Of a stretch of DNA of 64,000 nucleotides, positions 38,919 through 51,042 are shown in pieces (the stretch's first letter is position 1; the number at the start of each line of letters is the position of its first letter). This DNA comes from Mobula hypostoma (taxonomy: Eukaryota), in the NCBI RefSeq assembly GCF_963921235.1, contig NC_086122.1, positions 26,970,001 to 27,034,000 on the forward strand, written 5' to 3'. The translations under genes were made by a program, and so were the position numbers. Below the pieces are notes generated by a model. The model made no database searches, was not told where the DNA came from, and saw nothing but the letters and a program-made list of their open reading frames with translations.

Positions 38919-39590
38919 ACCTATTCATTTCCATAGATGCTGCCTGACCTGCCAAGTTCCTCCAGCGTTTTGTGTGTGTGTTGCTTTGGATTTCCAGTAT
39001 CTGCAGACTTTCTCGTGCTTATTGGTCATTACAGAAAGTCTCTCTGGAGCTGTCTGCTCCCTCCCCTCTCCCCTCCCCCTTTCCTAACCATGATTTTCTT
39101 CTCCCTGCCCCCTTCCCACTCTCAGTCCACATATCAGAATCAGGTTTATCATCACTCAGGTATCCCATGAAATCGGTTTTATTTTGCAGCAGTACAGTGC
39201 AATTTATAAAATGACTACAGTACTGTGCATAAGTCATAGGCACTCTTGCTTTCCCAATGACTTTTGCACAATACAGTAGGTTTTTATAAAATATATACAT
39301 TTTAAATGTTTTAGAACTTGTTGCATATTGCACAGGTAGAACTTGAGCAACAGACAGTGAAGACAAAGTCACCTATTCCTACAACTTCTACAACATGATT
39401 AGCTCAAGAACAAAATGTTCATAAACACAAGAGATTTTGCAGATGCTGGGAATCAAGAATAACACATACTAAGTGCCAGAGGAACTCAACAAGTTAGGCA
39501 GCATCTTGGAAAGGAATAGAAAGCTGATGTTTTCATCCAAGACCCTTCATCAGACTGAAACATCAACTCTTTATTCCCTTCAATAGATGC

Positions 39591-40110
39591 TCAGGTTGGA
39601 GGAACAACACCTTATATTCCGTCTGAGTAGCCTCCAACCTGATTGCATGAACATTGACTTCTCTAACTTCTGTTAATGCCCCTCCTCCCCCTTGTACCCC
39701 ATCGGTTATTTATTGATTTATATACACACATTCTTTTTCTCTCTCTCCTTTTTCTCCCTCTGTCCCTCTCACTATACTCCTTGCCCATCCTCTGGGCTTC
39801 ACCCCTCCCCTTGTCTTTCTCCCTAGGCCTCCTGTCCCATGATCCTCTCACATCCCCTTTGCCAATCACCTGTCCAGCTCTTGGCTCCATCCCTCCCCCT
39901 CCTGTCTTCTCCTATCATTTTGGATCTCCCCCTCCCCCTCCAGCTTTCAAATCTCTTACTCACTCTTCCTTCAGTTAGTCCTGACGAAGGGTCTTGGCCC
40001 GAAACGTCGACTGTACCTCTTCCTATAGATGCTGCCTGACCTGCTGCGTTCACCAGCAACTTTGATGTGTGCTGCTTGAAATTCCAGCATCTGCAGATTT
40101 CCTCATGTTT
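39591..40110 (+). mobile_element. Young 5'-truncated Penelope-like element nested in an older fold-back pLTR (39423-40153)
   Basis: Encodes LRLEEQHLIFRLSSLQPDCMNIDFSNFC*; its pLTR is nearly identical to 6255-6396; atgct occurs at both junctions. Confidence 0.85.
39976..40013 (+). ncRNA. Minimal type-I hammerhead ribozyme (intact core)
   Basis: tagtc-CTGACGA-a-ggg(tcttgg)ccc-GAAAC-GTC-gactg; predicted cleavage after C40008. Confidence 0.8.
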
Positions 40111-40979
40111 GCATGCTACATGGTCTGCTGAATTGCTCCAGCATTTTGTGTGCCTTAAGAAAATTCAAACATTGGAAATCAGAAATTGAGCAGGTTTACA
40201 TACAAAACTCTCTTTTAGCCTGCACTGTCATCTTATTTCATCCCTCCTTTGTATTCTCAACTCCCTTTCTCCATGTTCTGCATCTTTAAAATTCTTTTAA
40301 CTTCTTCCATTTTAAATCTGTTTCTCTCCCCAGAGATGTTACTTTAACCCAATAACTGAAGAGAGCTGGCTCAATTCATTCCAAGGGTCCATGTCCCTAT
40401 GTTTCTATGGTAACATGGAAGGAACACACGCTTGCAATGCCAGATGTCTGTCCCTTTATGTCTGACACCACATCATCTCTGGAATAGGTTAGAATCTCCT
40501 GTCAGTCTTGGGTCCAAGTAATTAATTTCCTTCTCAGTCTAGAGCTGTGGATTCTTACCTGCAGACAAAGAAAGTGGACAGTGGATATTGCTGGTATCCT
40601 TGAACTGAGCTGGAAGGGTTCGCAAGCAACTTCAGGAATGTTTACTTATAGAGTGCAGCAAAGCTGGAGGCGAAGTAGCTGTTCTTTCTCATAGCAGCCA
40701 GTGGGTCAAACGACTGGGAGGCATGTGCACAGCTGTAGATTTTTAAGGCTTGCAGCAGTGTACAACTACACTTTCCTGATCTGGTTGCAGCATCAATTCA
40801 CATATGGCAATCACCCAGCGGACGTGTATGCACTGAAACCCAGGAGTGTTCACAGATTCAGCAATGTCACGTGTGTGGGTGTGGGACATGCATTACCAAT
40901 TTCTGTTGCTTTTAAAAAATTAGACCATCACAAGAAAATCATGGAAATACATTGCTTAAGTTTAAAAAAAAAAGCAAGC

Positions 40980-41096
40980 GGGTTTCATGCTTATCTCCGT
41001 CGTGGACGTCCCAAGCCCAGCTGGAAATGGTGGAGGGTTGGGCAGAGGACCAGCAACTCTGTCATTTAAAAACCTAGACCTACAGAAATAGCAACA
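40980..41096 (+). mobile_element. 5' half of a non-autonomous RTE-derived element with a twister-like motif
   Basis: ctcc...gtcccaagccc...ggtggagggttgggc...agcaact...taaaaacc...acagaaa, resembling RTE (Perere-3/SR3-type) 5' ends. Confidence 0.6.
40986..41044 (+). ncRNA. Twister ribozyme-like motif (degenerate)
   Basis: UAU-CUCC-GU...GUCCCAAGCC (41008-41017)...GGUG-GAGGG (41029-41037); P1 and P4 imperfect. Confidence 0.45.
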
Positions 41097-44052
41097 TAGA
41101 GTCATAGTCATAGAAAAGTACAGCACAGAAACAGGCCATTTGGCCCATCTAGTCCATGCCAAAACCATTTAAACTGCCTGTTCCCATCGCTGTTCAATGG
41201 GACCATAGCCCTTCAAACCTCTACCATCCATGCACCAATCCAAACTTTGCTTAAATGTTGAAGCTGAGCACCACTCGTGCTGGCAGCTCATTCCACACTC
41301 TCACAGCCCTCTGGGTGAAGATGTTTCTCCTCATTTTTCCCTTAAATTCTTTGCCTTTTACCCTTAACCCATGTCCTCTGATGGTAGTCCTGCCGTACCT
41401 CAGTAGAAAAAGCCTGCTTGCATTTACTCTATCTACACCCTTAATAATTTCATATACCTCTATCAAATCTCCTCTCAATCTTCTACATTCTAAGGAATAA
41501 AGTCCTGATCTATTCAATCTTTCCTCATAACTGAGGCCCTCCAGTCCCAGCAACATCCTTGTAATCTTTGGACACCTCCTCACTTTTTTTTAATATACTG
41601 TAGTTCTATTTTTGAATGTTTTTTTTAAAAAATCTGTTCAATATATGTGATTGATTTACTTGTTTATTTATTATTATTATTTTTTAAATTTTATTTATTA
41701 TTATTGTTTTTTTTCTCTGCTAGGTTATGTATAGCATTGAACTGCTGCTGCTAAGTTAACAAATTTCACGTCATATGCTGGTGATAATAAACCTGATTCT
41801 GATTCTCAATTTTTCTCTATACTCTTTCAATCTTACTTACATCTTTCCTGTAGGTAGGTGACCAAAACAGCAAACAATATTTCAAATCCCATCTTCTGTA
41901 CTCAATATTTAGATCTATGAAGGCAGTGTGCCCAAAGCTTTCTTTATGACCCTATCTACCTGTGTCGTAATTTTCAATGAATTATGGACCTGTATTCCCA
42001 GATCCCTTTGTTCTACCATACTCCTCAGTGCCCTTCTCTGTGTAAGACCTGCCCTGGCTGGTCCTACTGAAGTGCCACACCTCGCACTTGTCTGCATTAA
42101 ATTCCATCTGCCATTTTTCAACCCATTTTTCCAACTGATCTAGACCCCTCTGCAAGTCATGATAGCCTTTCTCACTGTCCATTACACCCCCAGTCCTGGT
42201 GTCATCCGCGAATTTGACATCGGTGACAAACAACGACAGACCTTGCACCGATCCCTGTGGCACTCTACTAGTCACAAGCCTCCAGTCAGAGAGGCAACTC
42301 TCTACTCCCACTTTCTGACTTCTCCCACAAAGCCAATGTCTGATCCAATTTACTACCTCGTCCTGAATGCTGAGCTACTGAACCTTCTTGACCAGCCTCC
42401 CATGTGGGACCTTGTCGAATGCCTTCCTAAAGTCCGTGTAGACAACATCCACTGCCTTGTCTTCATCCACTTTCCTGGTAACTTTCTCAAAACACTCTGT
42501 AAGATTGGATAGACACGACCTACCATACAAGAAGCTGTGGTGACAATCCTTAATTAGTCCATGTCTATCCAAATACTTGTATATCCAGTTCCTTAGAGTA
42601 TCTTCCAATGACTTTCACACAACTTTTGTCAGACTCACTGGCTTATAATTTCCTGGTTTATGTTTACAGCCTTTCTTAAATACTTTGGCTATCCACCAAT
42701 CCTCTGGTACCTCTCCCGTCATTGAGGATATTTTAAATATCTCTGCTTGGGCCCCAGCAATTTCTGCACTTGCCTCCTGTAGGGTCCGAGGGAGCATCTT
42801 GTCAGGCCCTGGGGACCTATCCACCCTGATCTGCCTCAGGACAGCAAACACCTCCTCCTCTGTCATCTGTATAGGGTCCATGAAGTCAATGCCGCTTTGC
42901 CTCACCTCTATTAACTCTTTTGTTCCTACCTGCCTATACCTGCTATGCACCTCCTTATTTTTCTTAACCAGGACCTTACTATCCCTTGAAAACCAAGGTT
43001 CCTTACACTTGTTATCTTTACCTTTTATTCCAACAGGCACATACAAGCTTTGTACTTTCAAAATTTCACTTTGAAGGTCTCCCACTTACCAAGTATACAG
43101 AAAACAGCCTGTCCCAATCCACATTTGTCAGATCATTTCTGATACTGTGATACTGTAATTTCCTTTGGGATCAATAAAGTATCTATATATCTATATCAAC
43201 AAAATTGGCCTTTCTCCAATTTAGAACCTCAACTCGAGGACCAGATATATCATTTTGCATAATTACTTTGATACTAATGGCATTGTGATCACTAGGTGCA
43301 AAGTATTCTCCTACACAAACTTCTGTCACCTGCCCTGTCTCATTCCCTAATAGCAGATCAAGTTTCACACACTCTCTTTTTGGGACTTCTGTGCACTGAT
43401 TAAAGAAACTTTCCTGAACACATTTGACAAACTCTATCCCATCTAGTCCTTTTACAGTATAGGAGTCCCAGTCAATATGTGGAAAGCTAAAATCACCGAC
43501 TATAACAACCTTCTGTTTCTTGCAACAGTCTGCGATCTCTCCACAAATTTGTTATTCTAAATTCCTCGGACTGTTGGGTGGTCTGTAATATAGCCCCATT
43601 AATGTGGCCATACCTTTCTTTTCCCTCACTAGACGACTTCTCCAGTATGGTGTGATGGAGCACTGTTGTGACATTTCCCCTGACTAATAACACCACCCCT
43701 CCTCCTTTAATCCCTCCTGCTCTGTCATGTCTAAAATGACAGGACCCCAGCTGTTGAGCTGCCGGTGCTGTCCCTTCTGTAGCCCTCACTAAAAGCTACA
43801 ATATCATAATTCCAGATGTTGATCCACGCCCTAAGCTCATCCATCTTTCCTACAATACTTCTTTCATTGAAAGATACACAGCTCAGGAAACTCGTTCCAC
43901 CATGCTCAATGTTTTGATTCTTGACTTTGTCTGAGGTCTTACCAACATCTGTCTCCACAACCTCTCCACTGGCTGTTGTGACACTCTGGTTCCCAAGACC
44001 CTGCAACTCTAGTTTAAACCCCACCGTACAGCACAAGGAGACCTTCCCGCTA
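41093..44052 (-). mobile_element. CR1 LINE, decayed ORF2 (APE endonuclease plus RT) with a Rex1 tail nested at ~41570-41806
   Basis: ELRAWINIWNYDIV, DRAGGIKGGGV, LDLLLGNE...SDHNAI, SPGPD..PR.L.E, NYKPVSLT, DFRKAFDKVPHGRL, VPQGSV, KFADDT. Confidence 0.9.
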
Positions 44053-44223
44053 GGAAGCTCCAATGACCTCATCCCTGGGAGAGTAAGGATCTTCACCTAG
44101 AAGACAAATGATGGGCGGCACTGGGGGACAACTTGAACAACTGGCCCAGATCAGAGGACTCTGGTGAGCTGCCGTTGACGGTCAATGTCCCAGTAGGGGT
44201 GATGGGCTTAAGTCAGTAAGTAA
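44053..44223 (+). mobile_element. 3' half of the RTE-derived element
   Basis: Translates WGQLEQLAQIRGLW*AAVDGQCPSRG, like RTE C-termini (W.ELE..AQDR..WR..V.GLC); taagt-type tail. Confidence 0.7.
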
Positions 44224-44599
44224 TCAAGCCTGCCTCTTCATTGCGTCACTTGGTCCAAACGACACTTCTATACCATTCCTCATCAGCTGACTTTGCAACT
44301 TATTGGCATAGCGTAGAAACAAAAAGAGAAATTAAATCCTGGCACGTAAAGACAAATAAAAAACATTCTCAGAAGTTCCAGTCCAGTTCCTGAGGCTGAT
44401 AGAACAAGGCATATTTGAATGGGAGATTTGCCTGTCCTATGCACTGTATGTCAACTACAGTTAGAAACACATGCGATTACCTTTGAATATATTTTGTGAA
44501 TTTCCATTCATTGTATAAGCTGGCAGTTTCTTCCACAGGATGGTGGCTTTCTGTGAAAAAGAAAAGCAGTCTTCCAAAACCCATCATGTTCTTTGGTTC

Positions 44600-44810
44600 T
44601 CCCGACTTACCCAATACTTCAGCAACTTCTTTCAGGACTTTGGGATGTACTCTATCTGGTCCAGGTGACTTATCCATCTTAAGACTTTTCAGTTTGCTTG
44701 GCACTTTTTCCTTTGTAATAGCAATGGCACCCACTCCTGCTCTCTGACACTCTCCGACCTCTGGCATACAGCTAATATCTTCCACAGTAAAGACTGAGGC
44801 AAAGTACCAC
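44600..44810 (-). mobile_element. CR1 ORF2 internal fragment
   Basis: YFASVFTVED...ITKEKV..KLKSLKMDKSPGPD.VHPKVLKEVA. Confidence 0.85.
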
Positions 44811-45059
44811 GTGGCACAGACTAATCTTCTCATCATCTTTCATGCTTCAACCAAGCTTTTGTAATATCACCGTTTTCACACGAGCAACAACAAAGTTTGG
44901 TATTTTACTGCTACTGTGTTATCGATGGACTTTTGAATTATCTACAGTCGTTATGGGCTTTTAAGGTATCTGTTATCATGCTCAAGATGATTGTTGTGAT
45001 GCGTCTTGTGTGGTAGTGTAGTGGGTAGTGCTTGTCACTCTCGCTTTCAGCTTCCACCG

Positions 45060-45445
45060 CTGGCCGGCAGTTTTGTGAAGAGGAGAGCTGAATGTGTGAG
45101 TCTCTCCCTGCCAGTACACAGCCTCTCCAACAGCAAACCTCACGTGGTCCCTCCTCTCTGGCGACACACGGAAACTGAACACCCTTCGGACTCAGGCTGA
45201 ACTGCAGAGGACAGGGAGGAGGTCTGGCCCCTGCCCATGTAGCACACAGGCCCACTGGTGTGTAGACACATCCTGGTGCTCGTGAACCAGATCCCCAGCT
45301 ATGGGTGAATAGTCCCACTGCCTTGTGGGCAGCCTCGGGAGGGTCTAAGTCTGTGGGAATAAAACAAGATAGAAATCCAGAGGGAGACCCTAAGGTGGCT
45401 GGACATCATTGAACATCCTTCCGGCAGCTCCTGCAGCCAAGCCGA
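45060..45445 (+). mobile_element. Vingi-like 5' region
   Basis: GC-rich; cccactgccttgtgggcagcctcggg...ggagaccctaagg...gcagctcctgcagcc; related to 6745-7100. Confidence 0.45.
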
Positions 45446-46562
45446 ATTGAATTGACTTTGTTACTTACATCCTTCATATACAAAGTACATGAGGAGTAAA
45501 AATCTTTATATTACATCTCCATCTAAATGTGCAATTTATAGTAATTTGTAATAAATAATGTGTAAAACAGGACAGTTAATATAACATAGAAATATAATTG
45601 TATCAGCATGAATTAATCAGTCTGATGGCCTGGTGGAAGAAGCTGTCCCGGAGCTTGTTGGTTCTGGCTTTTATGCTGTGGTACCGTTTCCCGGATGGTG
45701 GCAGCTGGAACAGTTAGTAGTTGGGGTGACTCGGGTCCCCAGTGATCCTTTGGACCTTTTTTACGCACCTGTCTTTGTAAATGTTCTGAACAGTGGAAAG
45801 TTCACATCTTCAGTTGCGCTGGACTGTCCACACTACTCTCTGCAGAGTCTTGCGATTGAGGGAAGTACAGTTCCCATAGCAAGCAGTGATGCAGCCAGTC
45901 AGGATGCTCTCAATTGTGTAGAAAGTTCTTAGGATTTGGGGACTCATACCAAACTTCTTCAACCATCTGAGGTGAAAGAGGTGCTGTTGTGCCTTTTTCA
46001 CCACACAGCCAATATGTACAGACCATGTGAGAGCCTCGATGATGTGTATGCCGAGGAACTTAAAGCTGTTCGCGCTCTCAACCCCAGATCCATTGATGTC
46101 AACAAGGGCTAGCCTGTCTCCATTCCTCCTGTAGTCCACAATCAGCTCCTTCGATTTTGAGACATTGAGTGAGAGGTTGTTTTCTTGACACCACTGTGTA
46201 GACTTCTTCTCTCTAGGCTGCCTCATTATTATTTGAGATTAGATCAATCAGTGTAGTATCATCAGCAAATTTAATTAGCAGATTGGAGCTGTGGGTGACG
46301 ACACAGTCATGGATATACAGAGAGTAAAGGAGGGGGACGAGGATACAACCCTGAGGGGCAACTGTGTGGAGGGACAAAGGAGCAGAGGTGAGGGAGCCCA
46401 CTCTTACCACCTGCGTGCAGGTCCAGCTACACAAGACAGGGTGCAGATCGAGGTCTCTGAGTTTCTTATTGAGCCTGGAGGGAATTATGGTGTTGAATAC
46501 TCAACTGTAGTCCAAAAACAGCATTCTCACATAAGCATCCTTCTTCTCCAGATGTTTAAGGT
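45446..46562 (-). mobile_element. Rex1/Babar LINE (RT to tail)
   Basis: APQGCIL.PLLYSLY.HDC...KFADDTT; WCQENNLSLNVSK.KELIVDYRR...FKFLG.HI...IESILTGCITACYG. Confidence 0.9.
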
Positions 46563-47191
46563 GCCAAATGTATTGCTTCATAAGCTTTCCTTTGGACTAC
46601 ACTGGTGAGGACAAGAGGGGGATCTTAATGACTGGGATCTCCGTACATTCTTCCCAGGCTTGAGCCCTGGAAAGGTAATAAATTTTCTATTGTCCTTCAA
46701 GGCTGATGGACAATGGTATAATTTTTCTCTGTGACTTTGAAATGAGAAGATCAAAACTGGTCCCTGTTTTCTTCTTGAGCTCAGCAGAAGGCAATATTCC
46801 AAATCCTGTTTGTATTTATGGCTAAAACTAGACACATTGTTTTCAGGTGAGGAGCAAAAGGGTTTGAGGGGATCTGAAGAATCTTTTTTCACCCAGGGGT
46901 AGCGAGAATGCACTTCCTGAGAATGTGGTGGAAGCAGGTAGTTTCATAACTTTTAAAAAGTATCTGGGTGAGCACCTGAATCAGCAAGGGATAGAAAACA
47001 TTGGCCAATTGTTGGTACCTGGATACCTGATGGTTGGCAGGAACATGGAGGTGCTGAAGAGCCTGTGTCCATGTTGCATGACCTGTGAATATCATAACAT
47101 GTAGGTTAGCTATGATTCAGATGGTAGTGCATGGGTTGCCATGGTAACAAATGGGTTGGCGTGGTAACGCATGGGGTGAAATGGCAGCATA

Positions 47192-47895
47192 TAGGGCAGC
47201 AGGGTAACGTGTGGTTAGTACAATCACTTTACAGCGCCAGCGATCAATGATTGGCAATGTATTCCTGCTGCTGTCTGTAAGGAGTTTGTATGTTCTCCCC
47301 ATGACCGCCTGAGTTTCCTCCGGCTGCTCCTGTTTCCTCTCACATTCCAAAGACCTACTGTTAGGATTAGTGAGTCGTCAACATGCTATGTTGGCACCAG
47401 AAGCACAGTGACACTTTGCCCCCCAGCGCTGCGCAGGAACGATAACGCGGAATGACACATTTCTCTGCATATTTTGACATTTTGATGTTCGTTCATTTGT
47501 TATTTGCCATGTCATATGATGTGGACAATGCTGGTCTTTTCATGGCCATGATTATTCTTGGTAAATTTTTCTACAGAAGTGGTTGCCCATTGCCTTCTTC
47601 TGGGAAGCGCCTTTGCAAGACGGGTGACCCCAGCCATTACCAGTACTCTTCAGAGATAGTCTGGTGTCAGTGGTCGCAGTACCAGGACTTGTGAAATGCA
47701 CCAGCTGCTCATATGACCTGCTCCCAGGGCTTCATGTGACCCTGATTGGGGGGCTAAGCAGGTGCTACACCTTGCCTAAGGGTGACCTGTAGGCTAGCAG
47801 AGGAAAGAAGCACCTTAGACCTCCTTTGGTAGTGACGAATCTCCAACCTGCCACCCAGTTTTGATATGCATGTGACAAATATAGCCATTCATGCC
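47192..47895 (+). mobile_element. HE1-like V-SINE interrupted by an RTE-type SINE
   Basis: V-domain at 47275-47352; the 3' part resumes after 47865. Confidence 0.75.
47487..47857 (-). mobile_element. RTE/BovB-associated SINE (Bov-A/Sauria-like motif)
   Basis: Same family as 51043-51396 and 59510-59872; ttttgat duplicated at 47480-47486 and 47859-47865. Confidence 0.75.
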
Positions 47896-48454
47896 TTTAA
47901 TATTTGGCAGTCTTCCCTTTGAGTTCATTGACCATAAGACATAGGAGAATAATTAGGCCATTTGGTCTATCGAAGGTTATTGTTTCCAGCTCAGTTCCAG
48001 AGACTATGGTGCAAAAATACACTATATCAATCCATCCAGTAAGGAGGAAGTAGAACACAGATGAAGCTGATGTCTTATGGGTGAGATAGAAATCGAAACC
48101 AGATGCAAAATTTTCTAGGCCAATTTTTAGAAGCAAGTTATTCCGAGTATTTTGGTTATTTCTTACCTGTCTTTCTACATTATACAAAACATGCCATCCG
48201 ATTTTATCATATTGTTGCTATTAGAGGTTGTTGTGCAAAAATTAACTTCACTTTCTGATGTTGGTGACTAAACCAAGGGTACCCCTAGATAGGATGAGAC
48301 ACCTTGAAAGGAACATGAAAAATCTTAGTAATGACTTCAGGAGTTTGGTTAGAAACTTCATTGTTTCTTCATTTATAATCTTGAATTGTTTGCACTTTCA
48401 TGTCATAAGCTCAACTGCTTGAAAAATGCTACATTTATCACCAGTTGCCCACAG

Positions 48455-48641
48455 TAACACACACAAAATGCTGGAGGAGCTCAGCAAGTCAGGCAGCATC
48501 TAAGGAAATGAATAAGCAGTCGATGTTTCAGGACGAGACCCTTCTTCAGATCTGGATTCCATTCCAGTCCTGAAGAATTGATGCTTCCTCACTTGCTGAG
48601 TTCCTCTGGATTTCCAGCATCTGCAGACTTTCTTGTGATTG
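48455..48641. mobile_element. Penelope pLTR fold-back mini-element
   Basis: Inverted plus direct pLTR pieces; perfect 14-bp TSD ccagttgcccacag at 48441-48454 and 48642-48655. Confidence 0.85.
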
Positions 48642-50264
48642 CCAGTTGCCCACAGGTGTCTTACAACTTATTTTATTCATCTCTGGTCTTAACATTCACA
48701 CGAATGTTTATAATGTCTGTGAACTCAGGTACACTTCCTCCACTGTCATCATCCATCTCTCTGATGAACATGGTGAATCTCTCCATTTCTCAAAGAGACT
48801 TCTGATCTTTTATTAGCATTTTCTGCATGTAAAATGCAGCCAGCTTCTAATTCAATATCTGTCTTTAGTCCTTATTAAGTAACATATTGTATAAAATCTG
48901 ATGGCAGCTACGGTGCATTTGTTGGGTGCAAAAATAATGCTGGCTATTGGTTTATAAAGTCATCCATTGCCATTGAAAGCCTGTATCTGAAATGTATATT
49001 AAAATTAGAATTTGGATTTCACACATTTTTGGTGCATTGAATCTGTGCTTAGTTTAACCCTGACATCAATTAGACATCACCAAAAAAAAAACCCATACTT
49101 GCTTTAAGAAAGTGTTACCATGATTCAAACTCCTTAAAAGAATTAAAACTCACTGCGCGCACTTCACCTTGCCACTTGCTAAGCCCGCAGCTGCCATGGT
49201 GTTTGCTCATTGATCCATGGGAAAGGGTCAGTATTGCCTGAGGTCTCCATGAAGCTGGATTCTTGGGGACGGGCCAAAGTAGGGGTTGGTATGATGACAA
49301 AAATGGGCCAGGAGAAGGAACCCACACGGTCAAGCGGAGATGGTACAAGCCTATCCCTGCACCTTCTGCTTGCTCCCTTTCCCCACCCATCCGAGCCTCT
49401 TCAGCCCTGTTATGAGCGTGATGTTCTCTTCTATGTTGAACTGTGAGTTAATGAAGCAGGCTTTAATTGTGACCTGAACATGGATTGGGATGGGTTGTGG
49501 GTGGTCCCGAAACCTGTAGTCAACAGCAGCACCGAGTCACAGAGTGAGGGATCTATAACAGTATTCATCAGTTTACAGAAGTCCTGTTTGGTACTGAAGA
49601 CTGCCAGCACAATGTGTTATAAAATTAAAATTACAGGGGGTAATATAAAGTTAGTATCCTGAGGAGACAAGTTAAATCAGGCAGGGTTCATTGTCCTCAA
49701 TGTGGAGTACTCTTCCATGTTGAACTGTGTGTTAGTAAAGCAGGTTGTAAACTGTGACCTTTTCGATCCAGCCTCTGCTGTTAAGTAGATGATATATACT
49801 CTGAACACATTGATATTGTCATTATTTGCACAAAATATGACAGAGAAATGACACTGGTGCTAGAGCTCACTTGCAATTATTGGTGAGATTTCACTAGACA
49901 ATATCTGCCACAACTGCAAGCTTGCACAGTGCCGTGTGTTATCCAGCATTTATGCAAAAAGCGAAGGTATCAATGGATTTTATCCAATCCAATTTCTTGC
50001 CTTAAGTTGCCTTGCAACTGTAAACAGGGGATGTAAAGCTGTTTGAAAGTTTTTTTATGAAACCCACTGGTGAGTGACTGTGCCATATACTGTATATATT
50101 CACACCGTACAGCCTGTAGTCTCATTGTAAACTAACAGTACATTAAGTGTCTGCTGAAGACTGCGTGTGGATGGATTTAACTTCAGGTCATTGCTTCTGC
50201 TTGGGTACTCTCTCTGCTCAACTTAAACCCAAGTTTACAGAGAGCTCTATTTTTATCCATATCC

Positions 50265-50452
50265 AGTGCAAAACAGGCTCTTCTGGTCCTTCGAGCCATG
50301 CTGCCCAGCAGTCCCCCCAACTTAACCCTAGTCTAAACATGGGACAATTTACAATGACCAATTACCCTACTAACAGTTGTGTCTTTGGACTGAGGGAGGA
50401 AACCGGAGCACCCGGAAGAAACCCATGTGGTCAGGCAGAGAAGGTGCAAGCT
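50265..50452 (-). mobile_element. HE1-like V-SINE fragment
   Basis: tctttggactgagggaggaaaccggagcacccggaagaaaccca is the reverse-complement V-domain. Confidence 0.8.
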
Positions 50453-51042
50453 TATCCATCCATCTTCTGATTGCTCCCCTTCCCCACCCACCTGAGCCTC
50501 CTCACCCCTACTATGAGTGTGGTGTTCCCTTCTATGTTGAACTGTGAGTTAATGAAGCAGGCTTTAATTGTGACCTGTTCAGCAGTTCCTGAGTTGTTTC
50601 AGCTAGGTGCCTGATTGGACGGGTGAGCTGCCCATGGGACTACGGCTGGCACCTGCAACTCCTTGGGGACGTACACATGAGGTCAGTTGACTGCGTTTCC
50701 GCTGTCTTACTAGTGATCTAACTGATGCTGGATTCCTTGTGATTCAATTTCTAGGGCACTCTGAATTCATGTAAATTCATCACCTCTCTCACATCTGGCT
50801 CAAAATTTCCATGAGCATAATGAAACATGATCTCCAGAAGCTTTGTTGAAAATATATCAGGATGGTTTTCGAGGTACTTCTTTACCTGGGTGTTGGTTGT
50901 GTATCTCTTGGTTGGAGGTAACAAGAGACCCAGGTATCTACTCAGTTTGAAAATGCTGCTCGTGTATGAGATGCTGCAGGTGTCTAATATCTTTCAGTTT
51001 TACTTTGCGTGACTGAGTATAACTATGTTTTATCATTATTGT

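Larger units (their letters stand above)
38463..39019 (+). mobile_element. 5'-truncated Penelope-like element (GIY-YIG end, 3' UTR, pLTR)
   Basis: ORF end followed by a pyrimidine-rich UTR, hammerhead and ccagtatctgcagactttctcgtg end; inserted in the composite repeat. Confidence 0.85.
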
